Of a stretch of 38,598 nucleotides of DNA, positions 9,671-19,076 are shown one piece after another (the stretch's first letter is position 1; the number at the start of each line of letters is the position of its first letter). The stretch is from Promethearchaeia archaeon. GTDB taxonomy: Archaea > Asgardarchaeota > Lokiarchaeia > Sigyniarchaeales > SOKP01. The DNA lies in contig JAHQWL010000050.1 in assembly GCA_029856155.1 (NCBI GenBank), positions 1-38,598 on the forward strand, given 5' to 3'. A program made the translations under genes and the position numbers. The notes under the pieces are model-generated. The model was not told the origin of the DNA, made no database searches, and worked only from the letters and a program-made list of their open reading frames with translations.

Positions 9671-11338
9671 CTAACTTTTTGTAAAAAAATCTTGATATTC
9701 AGTTCTCATTACTTTTTTATTAAGCTTCCCTACGCTAGTTCTAGGAATTGAATCTACAAATAAAATTTCTTCAGGTAATTGCCATTTAGTGAAGTTCTTA
9801 GCAAGATATCCTTGGATTTCTTCTTTTTTCATTGATCGAAATCCTTCTCGTAAACCAATTAATGCTAAGGGTCTTTCGTCCCATTTTGGATGAGGAATAC
9901 TAATCACTGCAGCTTCAAGGATTCTTGGATGATTTAATAAAGAATTTTCCATGTCGATTGAGCTAATCCACTCTCCACTGCTTTTAATTACATCTTTTAT
10001 TCTATCAGTTATTTTAAGATATCCTTCAGAGTCAATACAACCCGCATCACCACTCCTAAAGTATCCATCTTCAGTAAAACAATTCATTGTATGAGGTGCC
10101 TTATAGTAATTTGTAGTAACCCAAGGTCCACGGAAAAGAACTTCACCTGAAGATTTACCATCATGAGGTAGTTCATTACCATTCTCATCGACAACTTTTA
10201 CATCAAGCCCAGAAACGATTATACCTTGTTTTTTCTTGAGTTCCCATAGTTCTTCTTCTGGAAGTTCTTTTTTAAGCCATGGCTTAAATGAATTTAGGGT
10301 ACTATTTGACATAGCCTCAGTAGAACCATAAGAATGAATTATTTCTCCTCCTGTTTCATCCCAAAAATCACGCATTAATGCAATTGGTGGTTCAGAGCCA
10401 CCACAGATCAAACGAGCACCACAAAAATCGGGTTTTTTTTACATTTTTTTAATAACTTCTAGCATTGCCATAAAAACAGCGGGAACACCCCCAGTTAGAG
10501 ATACTTTCTCTTGGACCATAATTTTAGTAAGTTCTTCGACATTATTCAAATTCCACTTTCCTGAAAAAATTAATTTAGCTCCAACATAAGTAGCAGCATG
10601 CGGCATCGACCACCCTAGAACATGGAACATAGGTACTAACTGTAAAACAACATCATTTATAGTAAATGAAAAATAAGCCGCAAACATCATAGTTTGCAAA
10701 TACAAATTTCGATGAGAGTAATAAACACCTTTAGGTTTTCCTGTAGTACCTGTAGTATAACAAGCCGCATAAGCCGAATTTTCATCTAAATTTAGCCATT
10801 TATATTTTGGAATGGCTTTACTCAAGATTTCTTCATAACTATAAATTGGATTTAGATTAGTCTCTACATCCTTTAAATTCTTATCAGTGATAATAATATA
10901 ACCTTTTACTTTATCACATAAATTTGCTATATTTTCTGCTATTTGGATTAAATCTTCATCAACAATAATATACTTTGTTTCAGAATGATTTATAATATAG
11001 GCTAAATCATGAGGAGCTAGACGTAAATTCAAGGTAACCATTACTGCGCCTATACCTGGTAATCCGTAATATATCTCATAATGTTGATGTGTATTCCATG
11101 CCAAAACACCGACACGGTCAGCTACTTTAACTCCAATTGATTCTAATGCATTTGCTAGTCGTTGCACTCTTTCATATGATTCTTTATATGTATATCGAAA
11201 AAGAGTACCATCAAATTTTCTACTTATTATCTCTTGTCTTGCAAAATTTCTAGCCCCATGTTTCATGAAATTTATAACGTTTAATTGGTAAATAGTTCCT
11301 CCTTCAGTTTCAGCTGGAAATCCTTTAATCAATTTCAT
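9671..11338 (-). pseudogene. Long/medium-chain fatty acid-CoA ligase (AlkK/FadD-like) interrupted by an in-frame TAA at 10441-10439
   Basis: YTTGTTGKPKG, YGSTE, SGD, DRIKDVIKSSGE and PRTSVGK motifs. Both ORFs are in the same frame (KKM*KKPDFCGARLICGG), 556 codons in total. Confidence 0.85.
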
Positions 11339-11520
11339 AATACTCTCACCTCAAATTCTTAATAATGACTATTATTAGTTTTTTTTAATTTATTCTATAA
11401 TTAATGATTTTCCGTGAATATAAATAGAATTCTAACAATAAATCTAAAATGAATTTTTATCTCTGGTAAAAAAACCTTCTAAATGTTGAGAAAATTATCA
11501 CTATCGCAATTCTGATGATT

Positions 11521-11955
11521 TTAAAGGATTTCTTCTACTTGCTTAAGACTCTTTATTTTGTCTTTCAAGGATGAAGGAAGTTTTTTAATGATTTTCTCAT
11601 CAGCAGTACAAAAGATTTTATCTAAACTTATACTTAATCCGAGATAGGAGGCATCATAAATTGATATTTCATGTTCAACAGCAACTTTAATCATTTGTTT
11701 TCGTATTTTATTTTTAATAGTTATTACTTTAAATCCATAATTCTCTAGACTCTCTCCAGCATCGTTTAGTTCACTTGGATTAAATAATTGACTATACTTC
11801 AATGCATTCAAGACTTCAAAGTATAATAATGATGGAATAATTAATTCAATTTTGTTTTCTATGAACTTATCTCGAAGAAATATTGCTTTATCTGAATCAA
11901 TTTCTTCTATAAACCACTTGACCACTACACTAGCATCAATGACTATTTCACTCAT
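11521..11955 (-). CDS. vapC: VapC PIN-domain toxin
   Basis: VIDASVVVKWF, EVLNAL, SIYDASYL and TADEK acidic PIN residues. Confidence 0.9.
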   Translation of the reverse strand: MSEIVIDASVVVKWFIEEIDSDKAIFLRDKFIENKIELIIPSLLYFEVLNALKYSQLFNPSELNDAGESLENYGFKVITIKNKIRKQMIKVAVEHEISIYDASYLGLSISLDKIFCTADEKIIKKLPSSLKDKIKSLKQVEEIL

Positions 11956-11976
11956 CTAACTTACACTCGCTTTTTC

Positions 11977-12207
11977 TTAATGTCTTTCTTCCCTGAATTT
12001 TCGAATAATTTCTACGCTATTATAATTTTCAGGAGCTATTTTCCGAATCTTTTCGTTCAACAAAACAGCTTTAGCTTTATTATTCTCAGTCTCATTCTGA
12101 ATTTCTGATTTAATCGCTTTTCGAATAATTTCGCTCCAATTAAGATGTTTGAGCGAATCCATCTTCTTTTTTAATTCAGGATCAATTCGTACACTTATGT
12201 TTGTCAT
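11977..12207 (-). CDS. vapB: VapB-type ribbon-helix-helix antitoxin
   Basis: NISVRIDPELKKKM..NWSEIIRKAI; directly upstream of the PIN gene. Confidence 0.85.
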   Translation of the reverse strand: MTNISVRIDPELKKKMDSLKHLNWSEIIRKAIKSEIQNETENNKAKAVLLNEKIRKIAPENYNSVEIIRKFREERH

Positions 12208-12217
12208 ATTGTATCAG

Positions 12218-12244
12218 TATATACATGTATTACGTATATATAAA
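12218..12244 (-). promoter_or_regulatory. Putative vapBC TATA box with overlapping inverted-repeat operator
   Basis: TTTATATA (12244-12237) lies 30 nt upstream of the ATG. Inverted repeat TATATAC-N9-GTATATA (12218-12240) and palindrome ATACATGTAT (12221-12230). Confidence 0.5.
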
Positions 12245-12306
12245 TATTTCTTATAAAAAATATTGAAACTAAATGTAAATTCAATAAATAAGGATATGTG
12301 TTGTTA

Positions 12307-14553
12307 TTAAAACCTAACCTCACATCTGTCAGAATCGCAAAACTTTTCTCCTATAGCCCGATCTCTTGTTTCATCTAAGTTAAATGATTTAAGTTTAGAG
12401 GTAATTTCTTCATATTGCTCTTTAGTAATTTCTTCATAAGGAGCTTGTTTATACCCGTGTTCCTTTATTGGTAAGAAACTTACACTTTTAAGCTTATCTT
12501 CGTAACATTCAAGAACATGCTTGATTTGATCTGCTTCGTCTTCTTGGAATGTTATCGTAATTGATACTTGATTGTCTGACCAGTATTTTTGGTAAGCTGC
12601 AGCATTCTCAGCTTGTTCCCATATTGAAACTTCATTTTTAGAACGATCAAAAAATCTTTCGTGAATTGGAAATTCTGCTACTACTGTATTGGGTGAATAT
12701 AAGTCATCTTCAATTTTATATCCAGCACTTTTAATATGTTTAATAAGATCGGAATTCTTGGATAAACGAATTCTCCTAATATAATATTCTGAGTGGGGAT
12801 AGTGAATTCCAGGGGGAACTCCCGGAAGTAGGCTCACTGTACCACTTGGTTTTACTGTCGTTATTTTAATTGAGCGTGGAATGCAAAGCCACCCCGAATA
12901 TTGTTCATCTAATTCTTGTAGATAATTATAAGCTCTGCTACACCATTCTAAGATTTTTCGTCTTCCATGTCTCACAAAAGCTTCAATTATTCCCGTCTGT
13001 GAAATACCCATCCGCCTATTCTTTAGCATTACAGCATTTGTTTCTTGCCAATGAGTATTTACTAAAGTTACTGACTTCGAATAGAGATACGCATATTTCA
13101 AAGTCTCTTGAAATTCTTCATATGATTCATGCCTAGAAGGAAAGGTCTCCACAAGACAACATAATTCAAAAGATTCTAAAGTTTGTTCTCCACAGGGATT
13201 AACTCCTGCTGCTTTCTTATCTTTAAAATCAGGTGAGTCTCCCATTCTTGAATAAGCTTTAGCATTTTCTAGCCAAAATACTCCAGGTTCTCCATTTACT
13301 GCGATTTGGTTTGCGATAAATGAATAATCCAAGCCCTTAACCGCAAAAACTGAGTTATTGCTTGCCCACCTATGAGAATATAAAGCTTCTTCATTTTGTT
13401 TACAGGTTACAAAATCCAAGTCTGTAGGATCACCTAAAGCGATCTCAGCACTCCTACGTACATTTCCCGCTACTACACATTTCCCTATATAATTCATAAT
13501 ATCTACAATATCAACAGAAGTAATTTTTTCTCCTATACGAGATTTTAAAATCTTTTGAACATCTTCTAACATTTGCTTTAAAGGCTCAGGCCCAGAAGCA
13601 ATCCCTCCGAATCCTCGTATTGGCTTTCCCGCAGATCTGATTAAGCTAAAATTATAATGAGGTGCTTGTTTCCCTAAAAAGTATGCTTCTAACATCAATT
13701 TTAAGGATTCAACCCATCCTTCTCTACTATCAGGCAATTGAAATTCGAAATGTCCTTCTTTAGGTTGCTTTATTGTAATTTTTCCAGCACCCTTGGTATC
13801 AAATCCAACTCCAACACCAAGCATCAAGGCATCCATCACAAATTCAAAAGCTTTTGAATATTTTAAATTAATATCTTCTGTAGATGCGAAACCACAGTTA
13901 TTAAGGGACATTGACCCATGGCGAGCTATGAATTCTGTACCCATCATCCATAACCCTCGGCCTGGTGGCAGAAATTTAAAATTCCATATTTTTTCAAACA
14001 TTATCTGTGCCGATTTTTGTGCTTTCTCATCACTCCAAGGTAAACTCAATTTTATGCAATGTTCTTTCTGAATTGAATAGCATCCTTCTACGACCCTCCT
14101 AATTGTTTCCCAAAATTCTTCCTTTCTATTTTCTTTTTCAATTATTCTTGCATAGGTACGCTTATAAGTTATGTATCCTAAGGGACCCCAATCAGGTTGT
14201 TTTCCTTTGAATTTCTCTAAAAACTCCTCTTCAAGTTTAAATGAAATATTCTCTAAATTAATTGCTCGGGCAAATAAATTTCTATATTTGTTTAAATGTC
14301 TTTGAGTTAACTCAACACATACTAACTCACGTATATAATTTGTTGTAATCTCTTTGACTCCTAGACCAATTATTTTTCGAATGACATCTTCAGCAACTTT
14401 TTCCGCTATGTGTATATCCAACCCAGTTTCTTTGTTCAAAATTTTAGCGATGCTATTTTCATCAAATTTTTTCTTCTCTCCTTTAGAATTAATAACATGT
14501 TTAGGATATAAATCTATTAACGAAAACGAATTGTTGGGCATTTTCTTCATCAT
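12307..14553 (-). CDS. nrdJ: Adenosylcobalamin-dependent class II ribonucleoside-triphosphate reductase (monomeric type) with N-terminal ATP cone
   Basis: FLPPGRGLW, LNNC, VVAGNVRRSA, NPCGEQ, VKPSGTVSLL and C-terminal FCDSDRC motifs. N-terminus VINSKGEKKKFD...IRELVCVEL. Confidence 0.92.
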   Translation of the reverse strand: MMKKMPNNSFSLIDLYPKHVINSKGEKKKFDENSIAKILNKETGLDIHIAEKVAEDVIRKIIGLGVKEITTNYIRELVCVELTQRHLNKYRNLFARAINLENISFKLEEEFLEKFKGKQPDWGPLGYITYKRTYARIIEKENRKEEFWETIRRVVEGCYSIQKEHCIKLSLPWSDEKAQKSAQIMFEKIWNFKFLPPGRGLWMMGTEFIARHGSMSLNNCGFASTEDINLKYSKAFEFVMDALMLGVGVGFDTKGAGKITIKQPKEGHFEFQLPDSREGWVESLKLMLEAYFLGKQAPHYNFSLIRSAGKPIRGFGGIASGPEPLKQMLEDVQKILKSRIGEKITSVDIVDIMNYIGKCVVAGNVRRSAEIALGDPTDLDFVTCKQNEEALYSHRWASNNSVFAVKGLDYSFIANQIAVNGEPGVFWLENAKAYSRMGDSPDFKDKKAAGVNPCGEQTLESFELCCLVETFPSRHESYEEFQETLKYAYLYSKSVTLVNTHWQETNAVMLKNRRMGISQTGIIEAFVRHGRRKILEWCSRAYNYLQELDEQYSGWLCIPRSIKITTVKPSGTVSLLPGVPPGIHYPHSEYYIRRIRLSKNSDLIKHIKSAGYKIEDDLYSPNTVVAEFPIHERFFDRSKNEVSIWEQAENAAAYQKYWSDNQVSITITFQEDEADQIKHVLECYEDKLKSVSFLPIKEHGYKQAPYEEITKEQYEEITSKLKSFNLDETRDRAIGEKFCDSDRCEVRF

Positions 14554-14848
14554 TGATTTTGTAAAATATTATTATTGTAATTTTATCGGCTAAATTAGTT
14601 ATTTACTAATTTATAATGCCTTAACCGTCCTATAAACTTATGATTTCTTTTAATTTAAAATTAATGTTTACTTTATATTAAGCTATTGATTAAGCTCTTT
14701 AATGTTTGCTTATTTATTGCTTGATAAATCTATGGAATATACACAAATTTGTACATATATTTTTATTGATTTTGTTTAATAAATTCCTTGATAAATTTTC
14801 GTCGAAATTATGTCGCTGTTTCTATATAAATAGAATATACTGTTATAT

Positions 14849-14883
14849 TTAAACAAAAATTCAGATTTGAATTATTAATTTTT
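14849..14883. repeat. 35-bp direct repeat, left copy
   Basis: TTAAACAAAAATTCAGATTTGAATTATTAATTTTT; 33/35 identical to 15872-15906. Confidence 0.9.
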
Positions 14884-14980
14884 GAATATTTGCTAAATTA
14901 GATAGAGATAAAAAATTATTAGACTGTAATGCTATATTTATAATTAGTTAATTATGAATGTGAAATAATATTTGTAAATT

Positions 14981-15421
14981 ATGATAGAACGAGAAAGACA
15001 TAGGATAATATCGATAACTGAACTGGAAAAGATAATAAATATTGTGTTTAATAATCGAGAAGAAGTTCTACTGTGTTATTTGTTTGGGTCTTATGTATTA
15101 GGTAACAGATCTGAATTTAGTGACATAGATCTTGGAATTCTTTTAGATAGTACATTTAAAAAACATTATTTATATCTAGTTGATTTAAGTTTGGAAATAG
15201 AGAAAGAATTTGAACATAAAATCGAGATAGATTTATGTATTTTAAACAGCGTTACACCTCGATTTTTATATAATGTTATAAAAACAGGATGTGTTATTCA
15301 TTCCAAAAATGAAACATTGCAGCATGAGTTTGAAATAAAAGTTTTATACGATTATTTAGAGATAAAACCATTTTTAGATATGTATGATAAAATGACAGTA
15401 ATGGATGTGCTTAAGGATTAA
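14981..15421 (+). CDS. mntA: MNT minimal nucleotidyltransferase antitoxin (type VII TA)
   Basis: YLFGSYVLGNRSEFSDIDLG (GS-x10-DxD). Confidence 0.9.
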   Translation: MIERERHRIISITELEKIINIVFNNREEVLLCYLFGSYVLGNRSEFSDIDLGILLDSTFKKHYLYLVDLSLEIEKEFEHKIEIDLCILNSVTPRFLYNVIKTGCVIHSKNETLQHEFEIKVLYDYLEIKPFLDMYDKMTVMDVLKD

Positions 15422-15875
15422 ATTAAATCGGGATTTAATTTTAACTAGATTTAATAAATTAGATCAATTAATGGAAAATCTACTCGAACTTAAAGAGATC
15501 GGAAAAGAAGACTTCCTTTCTAACTATAAAAATTATTTCACGGCACAGAGAGCCTTAGAAATTTCTATAAATATATGTATTGACATTGGAAATCATATTG
15601 TGACACTCAATAATAAAGAAAAACCTGAAACATTTACTGATATAATAGAAATCTTAGCTAAGCATGAAATTATAAGTAATGAATTAAAAACTCACTTTAT
15701 TAAAATGGTAAGATTCCGTAATTTATTAGGGCATTTTTATTTAGAAATTGATAATAATATTATCTACAATATCTTACAGAACAATTTGAAAAATTTTGAT
15801 TCTTTTAAAGAAGCAATATTGAGAAAATTCAAAAATAATTTATTAGGAAATTCGAACAAAGAAAATTCTACTTAA
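15405..15875 (+). CDS. hepT: HEPN (DUF86) RNase toxin
   Basis: FRNLLGHFY (Rx4HxY); overlaps the MNT gene. Confidence 0.9.
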   Translation: MCLRIKLNRDLILTRFNKLDQLMENLLELKEIGKEDFLSNYKNYFTAQRALEISINICIDIGNHIVTLNNKEKPETFTDIIEILAKHEIISNELKTHFIKMVRFRNLLGHFYLEIDNNIIYNILQNNLKNFDSFKEAILRKFKNNLLGNSNKENST

Positions 15876-15906
15876 ACGAAAATTCAGATTTGAATTACTA
15901 ATTTTT
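15872..15906. repeat. 35-bp direct repeat, right copy (includes the hepT stop codon)
   Basis: TTAAACGAAAATTCAGATTTGAATTACTAATTTTT. Confidence 0.9.
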
Positions 15907-15989
15907 AATTAATTTTATTTTTATAAGATAAAACAATAAAAAGACTATTCAATTATTAAAATTACAAAATTAAATATATAAGATAAAAA

Positions 15990-16814
15990 ATGACAATAGT
16001 AAATATGTTCGTTATCATAGGATACTCTGCTTTGTTTCTTTTAGTATATCTTATAATAGCTTTTATAGTAGGAACAATTAAAAAAAATAATGGTATTATG
16101 GACATCTTCTATGGGCCTGGATATTCTGTAGTTGCCTTAACAAGCGTAATCTACTACTTTATTTTAAATAATGCTGTAAATATTCGCCAAATTGTAGTTA
16201 CAATTTTAGTAATCATATGGTCAATAAGACTTGCTTCATATGTCTTTATTAGAAACCGAGGGAAGCCAGAAGATTACAGATATAAAGCAATGAGAGAAAG
16301 ATGGAAAACTAATATCCTACTGAAAAGTTTGATAAGAGTCTACATTTTTCAAGGGATTGTGATCTTTATAGTAGCTTTCCCCGTTTGGTTTGTCAATATG
16401 AGTCCAAACCCTGTATTGGTAAGCTTTTTAGACTTTATCGGAATTACTTTATTGATTGGCTTAATAGTATGGCTAATAGGATTCTTATTTGAAACATTTG
16501 GAGATTATCAACTCTATAAATTCAAACAAGATCCAAATAATAAAGGAAAAGTATTAGATCAAGGATTATGGAAATATACGCAGCATCCTAACTATTTTGG
16601 TGAAGTCACTCAATGGTGGGGAATTTATATCATTGCTTTAGCGGTACCCTGGGGGTGGATTTCAATTTTTGGACCGATTTTCATCACTTATATGATTATT
16701 AAAGTATCAGGGATAAAACTTCTTGATAGACATTATGAAGGTGATGATATCTATGCTGATTATAAAAAAAGAACCAGCTTATTTTTTCCTTGGTTTCCAA
16801 AAAAGAAAAATTAA
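15990..16814 (+). CDS. DUF1295 / steroid 5-alpha-reductase-like membrane protein
   Basis: WSIRL, EDYRY, GDYQLYKFK and GLWKYTQHPNYFGE motifs. Confidence 0.9.
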   Translation: MTIVNMFVIIGYSALFLLVYLIIAFIVGTIKKNNGIMDIFYGPGYSVVALTSVIYYFILNNAVNIRQIVVTILVIIWSIRLASYVFIRNRGKPEDYRYKAMRERWKTNILLKSLIRVYIFQGIVIFIVAFPVWFVNMSPNPVLVSFLDFIGITLLIGLIVWLIGFLFETFGDYQLYKFKQDPNNKGKVLDQGLWKYTQHPNYFGEVTQWWGIYIIALAVPWGWISIFGPIFITYMIIKVSGIKLLDRHYEGDDIYADYKKRTSLFFPWFPKKKN

Positions 16815-17986
16815 TCTTCTCCGATAAATTCTTTACTTAAGATTTCATATAAATTGTCTCTATGCATCGCATTTGTTGAAATATCTGTATTTCTCCCAAT
16901 ACAGCTTACTTTAAAAGAATATAGAGAATCTGTCATTTTAATTCTATAATTAATAGTATAGCTCATTTGTTTCTTTAATTTATAAAGATCTATAATTGGA
17001 AATTGATATCCATAACATATTGGTCCTTGTTGTGCTGACCATTCAGACAACCCTTTTCTCGCCATAGTATTTCCATGCCATAACAAGCTCCACTTCCATA
17101 TACTCGTGTTCATCCCGGTCGTTTTGATATTACCATTTGCAATGAATCTATAATTGGTAAGTAAGATTCTTCCATTAACTACTTCAGCACTATAAGTAGA
17201 CCCATATTGAGCTATATCGCCAATAAATTCATATTCTATATGTTCTCCATCATATAAACAATATTTTTTAATAATATCTTTTATAATTTCCCATGATCTT
17301 TCATCTCCATATAACTTAAGTATACTTTCATATATCTGGTAATAAAATTTTTCCATAAATAACTTGGGATTCATTTTGAAAGTTTTTACGATAAAATCTG
17401 ATTCTTCAATAAGATATTGATCCATTTCCAGTCTGTTTTCTTTTTTTATGCCTTGTCGTATTTGACTGTAAAGCAAATTCATAAAAAATTCGGGATCTAA
17501 ATTGAAAGTCTCACCTATGATTAAATATAAATCATTATTAGATAGATGCTGATATTCTACATCATTTTGAAACATATCTAAATATGAGAGGATGGCTGTT
17601 TTTAAAAAAAGTCTCCAATTTACTTCTTTCGTTGACTCAGCATACTTAAATTCTTCTTTTATCCTATTAACTGCTTGTTCTTTACTATATAACCCAAATT
17701 TTTCAATAAGATGTTTTTCCATTTCCCCTTCTTTCTCAACTCCGTAATTTTTTTTCATTTTCTTTTTTAGCTCTGGATATAATGAATCCATTGAAAACTT
17801 GAGATTTAAATTAAAAATTTCCCCAATGATATCATAAAATTCAAAATCAGTAAGCGAAGGATGACTCTCTCTTGACCTAAGTTCTAATAAAGTTGTTAAA
17901 ATTCTCTTTTTTGATGGGTTTGTTTTATGAAGTTCATCTTTTAAGTTATCTATTACCGGATTTACATCATTTATACTTATCCTTAT
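16811..17986 (-). CDS. Hypothetical protein with internal helical repeats and a C-terminal PH/GRAM-like domain; start uncertain (first ATG at 17791, frame open to 17986)
   Basis: GRILLTNYRFIA is PH/GRAM-like. Repeats IIGEIFNLNLKFSMDSLY / IIGETFNLDPEFFMNLLY / FIVKTFKMNPKLFMEKFY. Confidence 0.65.
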   Translation of the reverse strand: MRISINDVNPVIDNLKDELHKTNPSKKRILTTLLELRSRESHPSLTDFEFYDIIGEIFNLNLKFSMDSLYPELKKKMKKNYGVEKEGEMEKHLIEKFGLYSKEQAVNRIKEEFKYAESTKEVNWRLFLKTAILSYLDMFQNDVEYQHLSNNDLYLIIGETFNLDPEFFMNLLYSQIRQGIKKENRLEMDQYLIEESDFIVKTFKMNPKLFMEKFYYQIYESILKLYGDERSWEIIKDIIKKYCLYDGEHIEYEFIGDIAQYGSTYSAEVVNGRILLTNYRFIANGNIKTTGMNTSIWKWSLLWHGNTMARKGLSEWSAQQGPICYGYQFPIIDLYKLKKQMSYTINYRIKMTDSLYSFKVSCIGRNTDISTNAMHRDNLYEILSKEFIGED

Positions 17987-18153
17987 CTAAATATTTGAAC
18001 CAATTAAAGTCTATCATCTTTTTTAGTATATTTAATTGTTCTTTTTTTCCACTTATCCTATGATTTTAAATCTGAAAATTTTTAAATATTCATGAGTATA
18101 TAAAAAAGAAACATTAAAGAAAACAGCTAAATAAAGAAAATTATAACTCTTAT

Positions 18154-19065
18154 GTGAAAAAATTGGCTTTATTAAATTCAGATCAGAAAAAGGATACTGA
18201 AAACAATATAATTAAAGAAGAAATTAGTTTAAATTTACGTTTATGGTTACCGTTGTTCTACTTTATCTATTACTGCTCTTTTTTAATTCCAGGCATAATT
18301 TTTATGTTGTTTATAATCTTTTTTTATCTACCATATTTCTTAGAAGTATCAAGCTTTATTTCTCTTTTTACTAATTTACCTTCTCTCATTGCTTCATTAT
18401 CAATACCGTTTGTAATTATTATATGCTATTTGATTCATCTCTTTATTGTAGCTCTTATAACTCGTTCATTTTGGAAATACTCAGAAAAAAAATCTCCTTC
18501 TAAATCCGGGATCATTCCGAGGAATATACCTAGTAAGACGTTGGATTATTATCATTTTCGCAGTTTTATTATCAAATATCCCAAAAATGCATTTTCTCGT
18601 GGTCCATTTCCCTGGTTATTAAAGTGGATGTACAATTTTGTTGGGACTAATAAAATAGGAAAAGGATCGGTCATTGAGGAACAACTTGCAGGGGATAGGT
18701 TTGTAGATGTTGGGGAAAATTCTTACATCGGGACAAATCCGGGGATTAGTTCACATTCTGTAGATGGCGTTTTCGGAAATATTTCATTTGCTAAAATTAA
18801 AATAGGAAATAATGTAACTGCTGCAGGTTTTAATTGTTTTGCACCTGGAGTGGATACTGGAAATAATTCTTGGTGGTTACCTATGACAGGAGCAACTAAA
18901 TATAATATTTTGAAAGGAGATAATTTCTATTATGGTACACCCCTTAGAAAGATTTTTAAAAAAAGAGTTATGGAATACTTAAAAATTTCAGAAGAAGATT
19001 TGAAAAGAGCGGAAAAACTTAATGAAAAATTGAATATATCAAAAAAGGAAAAAAGAAAGACGTGA
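18154..19065 (+). CDS. 2TM + left-handed beta-helix (hexapeptide) protein, module A; Pls/NRPS terminal-domain-like
   Basis: Two TM helices, then GPFPWLLKWMYNFVGTNKIGKG, VDVGENSYIG, ISSH, IKIGNNVT and YYGTP. Confidence 0.75.
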   Translation: MKKLALLNSDQKKDTENNIIKEEISLNLRLWLPLFYFIYYCSFLIPGIIFMLFIIFFYLPYFLEVSSFISLFTNLPSLIASLSIPFVIIICYLIHLFIVALITRSFWKYSEKKSPSKSGIIPRNIPSKTLDYYHFRSFIIKYPKNAFSRGPFPWLLKWMYNFVGTNKIGKGSVIEEQLAGDRFVDVGENSYIGTNPGISSHSVDGVFGNISFAKIKIGNNVTAAGFNCFAPGVDTGNNSWWLPMTGATKYNILKGDNFYYGTPLRKIFKKRVMEYLKISEEDLKRAEKLNEKLNISKKEKRKT

Positions 19066-19076
19066 GAAATAACTAA

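Noticed and set aside
10439-10441. Programmed frameshift or recoding in the acyl-CoA ligase
   Set aside because: The halves are in the same frame, and TAA is neither a Sec nor a Pyl codon. A nonsense mutation or error is simpler.
14554-14848. Cobalamin riboswitch or NrdR box upstream of nrdJ; palindrome ACAAATTTGT at 14743-14752
   Set aside because: No riboswitch core is visible, and a 10-bp palindrome in very AT-rich DNA can arise by chance.
14849-15906. 35-bp repeats as a CRISPR array, integron attC or dif site
   Set aside because: Only two copies about 1 kb apart, no cas genes, and no clear RYYYAAC/GTTRRRY or 11-6-11 Xer pattern.
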